A stretch of 64,000 bases of DNA from an uncultured Pseudomonadota bacterium (GTDB lineage Bacteria > Pseudomonadota > Alphaproteobacteria > JACZXZ01): positions 832,001-896,000 of the forward strand of contig CAVVLJ010000017.1 of assembly GCA_963749075.1 (NCBI GenBank), in the 5' to 3' direction. Below the pieces are notes generated by a model. It ran no database searches, had not been told where the DNA came from, and was given only the letters and a program-made list of their open reading frames with translations. The position numbers and the translations under genes were made by a program. Each line of letters starts with the position of its first letter. The first letter of the stretch is position 1. Positions 1 to 10,638 of this stretch are shown here, piece after piece.

Positions 1-40
1 CATCCAGGCCCGCCCCGGCGGGCCGCACCGCCCTCCCGGC

Positions 41-1444
41 TCATGGGGCGTTCGTGTGCTTGTGCCGCCGGCCCGGCTGCTGCTGGTCGCCGCCCGCCGG
101 CGTCGCGGGAGCCTTTGCAGCACCCGCCGCCGCCGCGGGCGGCGTTGCCGCACTTCCTGCGGGCGCCGGCGCCGCCGCACTCCCCACGGGCGCCTGCGTT
201 GCCGTGCCCGCTGCGGCCGCCGGTGCGGCGGCCTTGGCACCGCTCTCCTGGCGCAGCGAGACCTTGGCGCCGTCGCGCAGCTTGTCGGCGCCGTCCACCA
301 CCACGCGGTCGCCGGGCGAGATGCCCGAGCTCACGGCGACGCGCTCGCCCTGGGTGGGGCCCAGCTTGATGGGCTTCACCGCGACCGTATCGTCGGCATT
401 GATCATATAGACGAAGGTGCCGGGCGCGCCGCGCTGCACTGCCGCACTCGGGATGACGGTGGTGTCGTGCAGCGTGTCGACCAGCAACTGGATATTGACG
501 AACTGGTTGGGATAGAGGTTCTCGGGGTCGTTGGCGAAATCGGCGCGCATCTTGAGCGTGCCGGTCGTGGTATCGATCTGGTTGTCGACGTTGGAGAGCA
601 CGCCGGTCGCGAGCTTGACCGTCTGGCTGCGGTCATAGGCGACCGCCTGCAGCTTGGCGCCCGAGCGCAGCCGCTTGAGGATGGCCGGAAGATTGTCCTC
701 GGGCACGGTGAAGATCACCGAGATCGGCTGCATCTCGGTGATCACCACGATGCCGTTCGCGTCGCTCAGCTGCACGTAGTTGCCCTGATCCACCTGGCGC
801 AGGCCGACGCGGCCGGTGACCGGCGCCGTGATGTGGCAATAGACGATGTTGAGCTTGGCGGTATCGATCTGCGCCTGATCGGTCTTGACCGCGCCCTCGA
901 GCTGGCCCACCAGCGCCGACTGGGTGTCCAGCGTCTGCTTGGCGATCGAGTCCTGCTTCACCAGCGTGCGGTAGCGCGCGAGGTCGAGATTGGCGTCGGT
1001 CAACTGGGCCTGGTCCTTGACGAGCTGGCCCTGCGCCTGCGCGAGCGCCAGCTCATAGGGCCGCGAGTCGATCTCCGCCAAAGGGTCGCCCTTATTGACG
1101 AGCTGGCCCTCCTGGAAGTCGAGGTGCATGAGCTGGCCGTTGATCTGCGTCTTCACCGTCACGGTGGCGAGCGGCGTCACGGTGCCGAGCTCATTGAGCA
1201 GCACGTCGATGTCGCCCTTGACGGCGGCCGCCTCGACGACCGGCATCGGGCCGTTCATGGCGAAACGCCCGCGGGGAGCCTGCGCCGCCGGGCGCGTATG
1301 GATCCACCAGCCGACCCCGATCGCCACGGCGAGGACGGCGGCGAGCCCGAGGAAGAGGCGCAGGCGCGAGCGGGGCCGGGGCGCCGGCGGGCGCAGCTTC
1401 GGCTTGCCTTTCTCGGTTTCCGGCGGCGCGATCACATCGTTCAT
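41..1444 (-). CDS. mdtA: RND efflux periplasmic adaptor subunit, MdtA/MuxA family
   Basis: N-terminal TM anchor; LGTVTPLATVTVKTQINGQL, ITAPVTGRVGLRQVDQGN and NQIDTTTGTLKMRA motifs; Ala/Pro-rich tail. Confidence 0.88.
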   Translation of the reverse strand: MNDVIAPPETEKGKPKLRPPAPRPRSRLRLFLGLAAVLAVAIGVGWWIHTRPAAQAPRGRFAMNGPMPVVEAAAVKGDIDVLLNELGTVTPLATVTVKTQINGQLMHLDFQEGQLVNKGDPLAEIDSRPYELALAQAQGQLVKDQAQLTDANLDLARYRTLVKQDSIAKQTLDTQSALVGQLEGAVKTDQAQIDTAKLNIVYCHITAPVTGRVGLRQVDQGNYVQLSDANGIVVITEMQPISVIFTVPEDNLPAILKRLRSGAKLQAVAYDRSQTVKLATGVLSNVDNQIDTTTGTLKMRADFANDPENLYPNQFVNIQLLVDTLHDTTVIPSAAVQRGAPGTFVYMINADDTVAVKPIKLGPTQGERVAVSSGISPGDRVVVDGADKLRDGAKVSLRQESGAKAAAPAAAAGTATQAPVGSAAAPAPAGSAATPPAAAAGAAKAPATPAGGDQQQPGRRHKHTNAP

Positions 1445-1719
1445 CTGAGACCGTCAAAAAGCGGGCACCCCACGGTGCGGACGGGGGGGTGCGCAAGCAT
1501 CCGGCCGACTTCCCGGAAAGAAGCCGGCGATGCCCGCTTCTATATATGCCGAACGAGGAGATTCCCTGTCTACCAATGCTCCCCCGAGGCCGGGACCGGT
1601 GCCGCGATTGTCCGCTATTATTGCTTTTTGACAAAGGCCATTTGCAGCCGCGGCGATCCCCGGCCGGGGGCGCCGGAGGCGGGCTCGACAGCCGCCCGGG
1701 GCTGCGGCATGGTGCCGGC

Positions 1720-3237
1720 ATGGCACGGACCCCGAAGAGGCGCCCTCGGACGCGGCGCGACTCGGCGGCACTCCTCGACAACCTCGCACTCGACGAGGCC
1801 GCGGGCGGCGGCCGCGCGCGCCAGGTCTACCGCTCGATCCGGGCGCTCATCCTCTCGCGCGCGCTCAGGCCCGGCAGCAAGCTGCCCTCCACGCGCTCGC
1901 TCGCCCGCCACCTCAAGCTCGCGCGGACGACCGTGATCGCCGCCTTCGAGCTCCTTGCCGCGGAGGGCTATATCGAGGGCGCCCACGGCTCCGGCACCTT
2001 CGTGCCCGAGGCGCTCGAGCGCGAGCTCCTGGCGCGGCCCCAGCGCCGCGCGCTTGCCAAGGCGCCGAGCCGGCCGCAGCTCTCGGCGCGCGGCCAGTTC
2101 CTCCGCCGCCTGGCGCCACGCGCGGCCGCCTCCGAGCTCAGGATCTTCGCGCCGGGCATCCCGGCGCTCGACGCCTTCCCCTTCGAGGAGTGGCGGCGCC
2201 TCCTCGCGCGCGTGAGCCGGCGCGAGGGCCGCACGCTCTTCCATGCCGCCGACCCGCGCGGCTGGCCACAGCTGCGCCGGGCGATCGCCGCCTATCTCGG
2301 CCCGGCGCGCGGCGTGCTGTGCGAGCCCGATCAGGTGATCATCCTCTCGAGCGCGCGCCAGGCGGTCGATCTCGCGGCGCGCCTGCTCGCCGATCCGGGC
2401 GACACGGTGTGGGCCGAGGAGCCGGGCTATCCCGAATCGCGCGCCGCACTCGAGGCCGCGGGCCTGACGCTGGCACTGGTCCCGGTCGACGCCGAGGGCC
2501 TCTCGACCGAGGCGGGCCGCAGGCGGGCACCCCATGCCAGGCTCGCCTCGGTGACGCCGTCGCACCACTATCCGCTCGGCACCACCATGAGCCTCTCGCG
2601 CCGGCTCGACCTCCTCGAGTGGGCGCGGGAGAGCGGCGCCGTCGTCATCGAGGACGATTTCAACGGCGAGTTCCGCTACGGCGGGCGGCCGCTCACGGCA
2701 CTCTACGGCCTCGACGGCGGCGAGCGCGTCATCTATGCCGGCACCTTCAGCCGGGCACTCTTCCCGGCGCTGCGCCTGGCCTACATGGTGTCGCCGGCGC
2801 CGCTCACCGACGCCTTCGTGGCGGCGCGCGGCCAGCTCGACGGCTACGCCGTCGCCGTGACGCAAGCCGCCGTGGCCGAGTTCATGGAGGCGGGCTCCTT
2901 TGCCGCCCACATCCGGCGCATGCGCGCACTCTACAAGGAGCGCCAGGAGACGCTTCTGGCGCTCGCCCGGCGCCATCTCGCGGGCGCCCTCGAGCTGGAG
3001 GCGGCCGACGCCGGGCTCCATCTCGTGGGGCGCCTGCCGCCGGGCGTCTCCGACGAGCGCGTGGCGGCGGCACTCGCCGGCACGCGCGTCGCCCCGGGCC
3101 TCCTCTCGCGCTTCTACGGCGGCGGCAAGGGTGCGCGCTCCGGCCTCCTCCTCAACTACGCCCCCTGGGACGCGCCCGAGCTCCACGAGGGCGTGCTGGC
3201 GCTCGCGAGTGCCATCGCGGCGGCGAGGGGGCGCTGA
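1720..3237 (+). CDS. MocR/GabR-family regulator (GntR wHTH + PLP aminotransferase domain)
   Basis: LPSTRSLARHLKLARTTV..AEGYIEGAHGSGTFV wHTH; TPSHHYPLG, IEDDFNGEFRY, GTFSRALFPALRLAY. ATG at 1720 chosen within ORF 1489..3237. Confidence 0.88.
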   Translation: MARTPKRRPRTRRDSAALLDNLALDEAAGGGRARQVYRSIRALILSRALRPGSKLPSTRSLARHLKLARTTVIAAFELLAAEGYIEGAHGSGTFVPEALERELLARPQRRALAKAPSRPQLSARGQFLRRLAPRAAASELRIFAPGIPALDAFPFEEWRRLLARVSRREGRTLFHAADPRGWPQLRRAIAAYLGPARGVLCEPDQVIILSSARQAVDLAARLLADPGDTVWAEEPGYPESRAALEAAGLTLALVPVDAEGLSTEAGRRRAPHARLASVTPSHHYPLGTTMSLSRRLDLLEWARESGAVVIEDDFNGEFRYGGRPLTALYGLDGGERVIYAGTFSRALFPALRLAYMVSPAPLTDAFVAARGQLDGYAVAVTQAAVAEFMEAGSFAAHIRRMRALYKERQETLLALARRHLAGALELEAADAGLHLVGRLPPGVSDERVAAALAGTRVAPGLLSRFYGGGKGARSGLLLNYAPWDAPELHEGVLALASAIAAARGR

Positions 3238-3325
3238 GCAAGGGAGACGAGATCGCCGGCGGATTGTGGTAAGACGTGCGCCGCTGCGGAAGAGCGGCGG
3301 GCGGCGAGGAGAGAGGGAGGACGCC

Positions 3326-3574
3326 ATGCTGCAACTACGGCCGAGCTGCGAATGCTGCGACCGCGAGCTGCCGCCCGCATCGGCGGAGGCGATGATCTGC
3401 TCGTTCGAATGCACCTTCTGCCGGGCCTGCGCCGAAGGCGTGCTCGGCGGGCGCTGCCCCAACTGCGGCGGCGAGCTGGTGCGCCGCCCCATCCGGCCGG
3501 CGGAGAAGCTCGCCAAGTATCCGGCGTCTCGGGAGCGCAAGGTCAAGCCGCAAGGCTGCCCGGCCGCGGCGTGA
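3326..3574 (+). CDS. DUF1272 family small Cys-rich protein
   Basis: MLQLRPSCECCDRELP..ICSFECTFC..C..CPNCGGELVRRP; GGAGG RBS upstream. Confidence 0.85.
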   Translation: MLQLRPSCECCDRELPPASAEAMICSFECTFCRACAEGVLGGRCPNCGGELVRRPIRPAEKLAKYPASRERKVKPQGCPAAA

Positions 3575-3579
3575 GCGCC

Positions 3580-4332
3580 ATGAACGCCATCGTTCTCGCG
3601 GGCAAGAGGGCCGTGGTCACGGGTGCCGCGCGCGGCATCGGCTACGCCATCGCCGAGCGCCTCATCGCCTCGGGCGCCGCGGTTGCCGTGTGGGACCTCG
3701 ACGAGCGCGCCGCGCACGCCGCGGCAGGACGGCTCGCGAGCCGCGGCGAGGCCCACGCCGAAGCGCTCGACGTGACCGACGAGGCGGCGATCGCGCGGGC
3801 GCTCGCGGCCACGGAGAAGCGCTTCGGCGCCGTCGACATCCTGGTCAACAACGCCGGCATCGCCGGCTCCAACGCCAAGACTTGGGACTACGACCCGGCC
3901 GAGTGGCGGCGCATCGTCGAGATCGACCTCGTCGGCGTCTATCTCTGCTGCCGCGCCGTGCTGCCCGCCATGCTGGCGCGGGGCTACGGCCGCATCGTCA
4001 ACATCGCCTCCGTCGCCGGCAAGGAGGGCAATCCGAACGCGTCTGCCTACAGCGCCGCCAAGGCCGGCGTCATCGCGCTCACCAAGTCGCTCGGCAAGGA
4101 GCTCGCGCAGAGCGGCGTCATCGTCAATTGCGTGACGCCCGCGGCCGTCGAGACCGACATCTTCGCCCAGATGTCCAAGGCGCACATCGACTTCATGCTC
4201 TCCAAGATCCCCATGGGCCGCTTCGGCAAGGTCGAGGAGGTGGCGGCACTCGTCGCCTGGCTCGCCTCTGCCGACTGCTCGTTCTCGACGGGCGCCACCT
4301 TCGACATCTCGGGCGGGCGCGCCACCTACTGA
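3580..4332 (+). CDS. SDR oxidoreductase, 2-dehydro-3-deoxy-L-rhamnonate dehydrogenase-like
   Basis: TGAARGIG, NNAG, YSAAK; KEGNPNAS and C-terminal FDISGGRATY typical of this subfamily. Confidence 0.8.
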   Translation: MNAIVLAGKRAVVTGAARGIGYAIAERLIASGAAVAVWDLDERAAHAAAGRLASRGEAHAEALDVTDEAAIARALAATEKRFGAVDILVNNAGIAGSNAKTWDYDPAEWRRIVEIDLVGVYLCCRAVLPAMLARGYGRIVNIASVAGKEGNPNASAYSAAKAGVIALTKSLGKELAQSGVIVNCVTPAAVETDIFAQMSKAHIDFMLSKIPMGRFGKVEEVAALVAWLASADCSFSTGATFDISGGRATY

Positions 4333-5867
4333 GCGCCCGCGCGCGCCCCGTGCGACCGCGCGAGCGGCAGGATCGCGAGCGAGAGCACGAAGATGAGGCC
4401 CAGCACGAGCCACGCCTCGTTGAAGGAGAGCACGAGCGCCTCGGGCTTGATGTAGGGTGCGAGGTACGCCTTGGCCACCGCGGCGGGCATCGCCCTGGGC
4501 GAGACGAGCGGCGGCAGGTGGAGGAGACGCGCGGTCGCGGCATCGCCGGCCTTGAGCCGGGCGAGGAGTGCCGCGGCATGAACCGCCGGCCGCTGCTCGA
4601 GGATCGTGTCGACGAGTGCGATGCCGATGGCGCCGCCGAGATTGCGCATGAGGTTGAAGAGGGCGCTCGCGTTGGCGATGGCGTCGCCCACGCGGCCCTC
4701 GAGCGCCATGGTGGCCGTCGGCAGGATGCACAGCATGAGGCCGGCGCCGCGCAGCGCCTGCTGCCAGCAGAGGCCGAAGAAGTCCGTCTCGTCGGTCATG
4801 AAGCCGTTGCCGATCAGCCCGGCGGCGAAGAGCGCGTAGCCGAGCGCCGTCACGAGGCGCGCGTCGTAGCGCTTCTCGGCGGCGGCGGCGATGGGCGCCA
4901 CCACCAGCTGTGCGGCGCCGGTCACGATCATGATCTCGCCGATCTCGAGCGGCGTGTGGCCCCGCACGTAGCCGAGGAAGAGCGGCAGCAGGTAGATCGA
5001 GCCGTAGAGGCCGATGCCGAGCACGAAACTGTAGGCGCAGCCGACGGTAAAGACGCGATCCGCAAAGGCGCGGAGATCGACGAGAGGCTCGCTGCGGCGG
5101 AGGCACTGCCGCACGGCGGCGAAGCCGCTCACGGCGAGGATGGCGAGGAGCGTTGCGACATAGAGCCCGTGCCATTCCCGCTTCGGCCCCTCCTTGAGCA
5201 CGATCTCGAGGCTGGCGAGGAACACCGCGGCAAACGCCACGCCGGCGTAATCGAGCCGCGCGAGAAGACGCCACTCGGGCCGCCCCACGCGCACCAGCGC
5301 GCCGACCGCGAGCACGACCACGAGGCCGGGGGGAAGGTTGACGAGGAAGAGCCAGTGCCAGGAATAGGTCTCCGTGATGTAGCCGCCCACGGCCGGGCCG
5401 AGCGTCGGCGCCACCATGGCGAAGACGCCGGCGATGGTGGTGGCCAGCACATGGTCGCGCTGCGGAAACATCACGAAGACCGCGGTGAAGACCGTCGGGA
5501 TGACGGCGCCGCCGCAGAAGCCCTGGATCACGCGGAAGAAGACGAGCGACGCAAAGCCCCCGCTTGCGGCGCAGCCGACGCTCGCCACGAGGAACCCCCC
5601 GATCGAGGCGGCAAAGAGCCCGCCCAGCGTGAAGACCCGCGTGAGCCGCGCGGTCAGCGGGATGGCGACGATCTCGGCGATGAGATAGGCGGTCTGCACC
5701 CAGCTCAGGTTGTCGGGCGCGATGCCGAGCGCCTTCTGGATCTCGGGCAGCGAGCTCGCCACGATCTGGATGTCGAGAATCGCCATGAACATGCCGAGGC
5801 ACATGGCGAGAAAGCCAAACCATGCCGCGGACCGGGCGTGAGCTGCGATTTCCACACTCTCCGTCAT
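4326..5867 (-). CDS. DHA2 (EmrB/QacA) MFS transporter
   Basis: MFMAILDIQIVASSLP, WHWLFLVNLP, FNLMRNLGGAIG; multi-TM pattern. Confidence 0.9.
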   Translation of the reverse strand: MTESVEIAAHARSAAWFGFLAMCLGMFMAILDIQIVASSLPEIQKALGIAPDNLSWVQTAYLIAEIVAIPLTARLTRVFTLGGLFAASIGGFLVASVGCAASGGFASLVFFRVIQGFCGGAVIPTVFTAVFVMFPQRDHVLATTIAGVFAMVAPTLGPAVGGYITETYSWHWLFLVNLPPGLVVVLAVGALVRVGRPEWRLLARLDYAGVAFAAVFLASLEIVLKEGPKREWHGLYVATLLAILAVSGFAAVRQCLRRSEPLVDLRAFADRVFTVGCAYSFVLGIGLYGSIYLLPLFLGYVRGHTPLEIGEIMIVTGAAQLVVAPIAAAAEKRYDARLVTALGYALFAAGLIGNGFMTDETDFFGLCWQQALRGAGLMLCILPTATMALEGRVGDAIANASALFNLMRNLGGAIGIALVDTILEQRPAVHAAALLARLKAGDAATARLLHLPPLVSPRAMPAAVAKAYLAPYIKPEALVLSFNEAWLVLGLIFVLSLAILPLARSHGARAGAQ

Positions 5868-5898
5868 GGGCGCGCCGGCGCTCCCGATCGTTCGGCCA

Positions 5899-6738
<840 letters not shown>

Positions 6739-6780
6739 CTATACTCTCTGCTGCCCAAGAGCCACCCCGAGGATATTGCC

Positions 6781-8322
6781 ATGGCCGTGAGCCCGGCGCT
6801 GACCATCCGCCTCAACCCCGCCGACAACGTAGTGATCGCGCGCGCCGACATTCTCCCCGGCACCGCGATCCCGGGCGAGGGGGTGGCAACGCGCGGGCAC
6901 ATCCCCTCGGGCCACAAGCTCGCCGTGCGCGCCATCGCCGAGGGCGAGGCGATCCTGCGCTACGGCCAGATCATCGGCTTCGCCACGGCGGCCATCGCGG
7001 CCGGCGAGCATGTGCATACCCATAACTGCGGCATGCAGGACTTCGCGCGCGACTATGCCTATGGCGTGAACGCCAGGCCGACCGAGGGCGCCAACGACGT
7101 GGCGAGCTTCGCCGGCATCCGGCGCGCCGACGGCCGCGTGGCCACGCGCAACTACCTCGGCATTCTCACCTCGGTCAATTGCTCGGCGGGCACCGCCAAG
7201 CTCATCGCCGAGGCCTTCCGCACCAATCCCTTCACCGGCGAGGGCCTGCTCGCCCAATACCCGAACGTCGACGGCGTCGTGGCGCTCACTCACAAGACCG
7301 GCTGCGGCATGGCCGGCGAGGGCGAGGGCATGGACGTGCTGCGCCGCACCATCGCGGGCTACGCGCGCCACCCGAACTTCTTCGCCGTGCTCATGGTGGG
7401 CCTCGGCTGCGAGGCGAACCAGCTCGGCGGCATCTTGCGCGCCGAGGGCCTGGCCGAGGGCGAGCTCCTGCAGACCATGACCATCCAAGAGACGGGCGGC
7501 GTCGCCAAGACCGTGCGCGAGGGTGTCGAGCGCATCAAGGCGCTGCTCCCCGAGGCGCAGAGGGCGCGGCGCGAGACGCTGCCGGCGAGCCACATCACGG
7601 TCGGCCTCCAGTGCGGCGGCTCGGACGGCTATTCGGGCATCTCGGCCAACCCGGCCCTCGGTGCGGCCTCCGATCTCCTGGTGCGCCACGGCGGCACGGT
7701 CATCCTCTCGGAGACGCCGGAGACCTACGGCGCCGAGCATCTCTTGACGCGCCGTGCCAAGAGCCGCGCGGTCGGCGAGAAGCTCGTCGCGCTCATGAAG
7801 TGGTGGGAGGAATATACCGCCAGAAACGGCGGCGAGATGAACCACAACCCCTCCCCCGGCAACAAGGCGGGCGGCATCACCACCATCCTCGAGAAGTCGC
7901 TGGGTGCCGCGGCCAAGGCGGGCACCACGAACCTCGTCGAGGTCTACCGCTATGCCGAGCCGGTCGAGGCCAAGGGCTTCGTCTTCATGGACACCCCCGG
8001 CTACGATCCGGTATCGGCGACCGGCCAGGTCGCGGGCGGCGCCAACCTGGTCTGCTTCACCACCGGCCGCGGCTCGGTCTACGGCTGCAAGCCGGCACCC
8101 TCGCTCAAGCTCGCCACCAACACGCCGCTCTACGAGCGCATGCGCGACGACATGGACATCAACTGCGGCACCATCGTCGACGGCAGCGAGACGGTCGCCG
8201 AGTGCGGCAAGCGCATCTTCGAACTCATGCTCAAGACCGCGTCGGGAGAGAAGACCAAGAGCGAGGCGATGGGCCTCGGCGACGACGAGTTCGCCCCCTG
8301 GCAGCTGGGCGCCGTGATGTAG
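6781..8322 (+). CDS. uxaA: UxaA-family (altronate/galactarate) dehydratase with N-terminal SAF domain
   Basis: IRLNPADNVVIA..GHKLA..YGQIIGFA..HVHTHN, ATRNY, GLGCE, LQCGGSDG, NPSPGNKAGG, FTTGRG. Confidence 0.88.
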   Translation: MAVSPALTIRLNPADNVVIARADILPGTAIPGEGVATRGHIPSGHKLAVRAIAEGEAILRYGQIIGFATAAIAAGEHVHTHNCGMQDFARDYAYGVNARPTEGANDVASFAGIRRADGRVATRNYLGILTSVNCSAGTAKLIAEAFRTNPFTGEGLLAQYPNVDGVVALTHKTGCGMAGEGEGMDVLRRTIAGYARHPNFFAVLMVGLGCEANQLGGILRAEGLAEGELLQTMTIQETGGVAKTVREGVERIKALLPEAQRARRETLPASHITVGLQCGGSDGYSGISANPALGAASDLLVRHGGTVILSETPETYGAEHLLTRRAKSRAVGEKLVALMKWWEEYTARNGGEMNHNPSPGNKAGGITTILEKSLGAAAKAGTTNLVEVYRYAEPVEAKGFVFMDTPGYDPVSATGQVAGGANLVCFTTGRGSVYGCKPAPSLKLATNTPLYERMRDDMDINCGTIVDGSETVAECGKRIFELMLKTASGEKTKSEAMGLGDDEFAPWQLGAVM

Positions 8323-8365
8323 CGAGGCGCTGCGGCCGCCGCGCCAGCGCGAGAAGAAATCCCGC

Positions 8366-9668
8366 TCAGCCGAGCTCCGCCTCGATCCAGCGCGCTTCGG
8401 CGAGGAGCTCCTGGTCGCGCTGGAAGCGGCCGACGAGCTGTACGCCGACCGGCAGGCCGCGCTCGCCTCGTCCCGCGGGGAGCGAGAGGCAGGGTACGTG
8501 GAGCAGCGTCCATTGCCGGTTGAAGACGGGATCGCCGGTGGCCAGGCCCAAGGGCGCCTCGCCGGGAGCGCTCGGGGTGAGGAGCGCTGCCACCTTGGCG
8601 AAGACGCCGTCGAAGGCGGCGCGCGCGGTGGCGGCGTGGTGGAGGGCCGCCTCGTAGTGCCGCTCGGGAATGGCCTGGGCCTCCTCGAGGAGCTCGACGA
8701 GCTTGACGCTCAGCTTCTCCCGGTGGCCGCGCAATTCGCCGCCGTAGGAGAGCCGCGCCTCGAAGGCGAGGATCGTCTGCTGCACCTCGTTGAGCTCGCG
8801 GCAGGCCTCGGGCAGCTCGAGCTCGACGACCTCGATGCCGGCAGCGCGCAGCACGCCGGCAACGCGCTCGAGCGCTGCACGAGTTCGCAGGCTCGGCCTT
8901 CTCCCAATATTCGGTGCGGCAGAGGCCGATGCGCCTCGGGCGCTCGGAGACGAGCTCGGGGAGCGCGGTGTCCTCGCCCGCGAGCACGCGCCACAGGAGC
9001 TCGGTATCCGCAATTCCGCGCGCGAAGGTGCCGAGCGTATCGAGGGAGGGCGAGAAGGGCTTGACGCCGGCGATGTCGATGGCGCCGTGGCTCGGCTTGA
9101 AGCCCACCACGCCGCAAAAGGACGCGGGTCGCAGCACCGAGCCCGCGGTCTGGCTGCCGAGCGCCGCCGGCACCATGAAATCGCCGACCGCCGCCGCCGA
9201 GCCGCTCGAGGAGCCGCCGGGCGTATGGGCCGCATTGTGCGGGTTGCGCGTCTTGCCGGGCGTGAAGAAGGCGAACTCGGTGGTCACCGTCTTGCCGAGG
9301 ATGACCGCACCCGCCCGGCGCAGCTTGGCGACCGTGGCGGCGTCGGCCGCCGGACGGTTGCCGGCGTAGATGGGCGAGCCGTGCTCGGTCGGCGCATCGC
9401 GCGTGTCGAAGATGTCCTTGATGCCGACCGGCACGCCGTGGAGCGGGCCGCGCGGCTCTCTGCGGTCGCAGGCCCGCGCCGCGGCGAGCGCTGCCGCCGG
9501 GTCGAGGTGCTGCCAGGCCGCCACCACGGGCTCGCGCGCCGCAATGCGCTGAAGGCACGCGTCGACGAGCGCCTCGGAGGAGAGCGCGCCCTCCCTGATG
9601 CGCCGCGCCGCCTCGGCCGCCCCCAGCTCGTTGAGCCGCTCGCCGGTTCCGCTCTCAGCCCACGTCAT
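8366..9668 (-). CDS. Amidase signature family protein (frameshift at ~8885)
   Basis: PLHGVPVGIKD, GKTVTTEFA, TPGGSSSGSAAAV, GSQTAGSVLRPASFCG in ORF 8130..9701; C-terminus (GLPVGVQLVG) in ORF 8366..9235; removing one base at 8884-8885 gives WEKAEPATRAALERVA. Confidence 0.85.
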
Positions 9669-9820
9669 GCTCCGCTCTCCCAGCTCCGCTCGGGCCGGCA
9701 CTCTCCTCTATAATGCCGCTGCCGTCGAGCCCTGCGGCACGCTGGCGGCACTTGCGCCCGACGAGCCACCTGTGATTGTCTTGCCGGGCGGCTCGCATTC
9801 GGGCCACGAGGTAGAGCGAC

Positions 9821-10621
9821 ATGAGCGATCGTCCCGCCGCCTCCATGGCACGCCCCCTCGGCGGAGCGCGCAAGACCCGCGGGCTCAAGGCGCTGCTGGC
9901 GACGACGGGAGCGGCGCTCGGCGCGCTTGCCGTGCTTGCCGCCCTCGCCTCCGCCTTCGGCACGCGTCTCGGTCTCTGGCAGTTCCGCCAAGGCTTCCAG
10001 ATACTCACCTTCGCCGGCTATGGCGGCACGGTTGCGGCTGCGGTCTCGCTCCTCGCCCTCGTCTGGCGGCGCGAGCGCCGTGCGCGCAGCGGCCTCCTCT
10101 CGGCACTTCTCGGCCTCGTGCTCGGCTTCGCCAGCTTCGCCTATCCCGTCTATCTCCGCCATGTCGCAGAGAGCGTGCCGCGCATCCACGACATCACCAC
10201 CGACTTGGTACACCCGCCGGCCTTCGTGGCGGTGCTGCCGCTGCGCGCCGGTGCGGAGAACCCGCCCACCTACGGCGGGGCCGAGGTCGCGAAGGAGCAG
10301 CAGGAGGGCTATCCCAACATCAAGCCGCTGCATTTCGCGGCACCGCCAGCTGCGGTCTTCGCGGCGGCGCTGGCGACGGTCAAGGATTTCGGCTGGGAGG
10401 TGGTAGCGTCGGTGCCGGCCGCGGGCCGCATCGAGGCGACCGACACCACCTTCTGGTACCACTTCAAGGACGACGTGGTGATCCGCATCGCCGCCGACGG
10501 AGGGGACACGCGGGTCGACATGCGCTCGGAGTCGCGCGTGGGGCGCAGCGATTTCGGCGTGAATGCCCGGCGCGTGACGCGCTACCTCGCGGCGCTCGAG
10601 CGCCGCATGGCGCGCGGCTAG
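9821..10621 (+). CDS. DUF1499 domain membrane protein
   Basis: Three N-terminal TM segments; PRIHDITTD..PP.F, GRIEATDTTFWYHFKDDVVIRI, RVDMRSESRVGRSDFGVNARR. Confidence 0.85.
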   Translation: MSDRPAASMARPLGGARKTRGLKALLATTGAALGALAVLAALASAFGTRLGLWQFRQGFQILTFAGYGGTVAAAVSLLALVWRRERRARSGLLSALLGLVLGFASFAYPVYLRHVAESVPRIHDITTDLVHPPAFVAVLPLRAGAENPPTYGGAEVAKEQQEGYPNIKPLHFAAPPAAVFAAALATVKDFGWEVVASVPAAGRIEATDTTFWYHFKDDVVIRIAADGGDTRVDMRSESRVGRSDFGVNARRVTRYLAALERRMARG

Positions 10622-10638
10622 AGCGCGCTCCGCGGAAC

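Noticed and set aside
1618-5823. Very long antisense or alternative-frame ORFs (also 23954..26707, 38372..41911, 56703..58856, 52786..54939)
   Set aside because: Shadow ORFs caused by high GC and codon bias; they overlap well-supported genes and have no motifs of their own.
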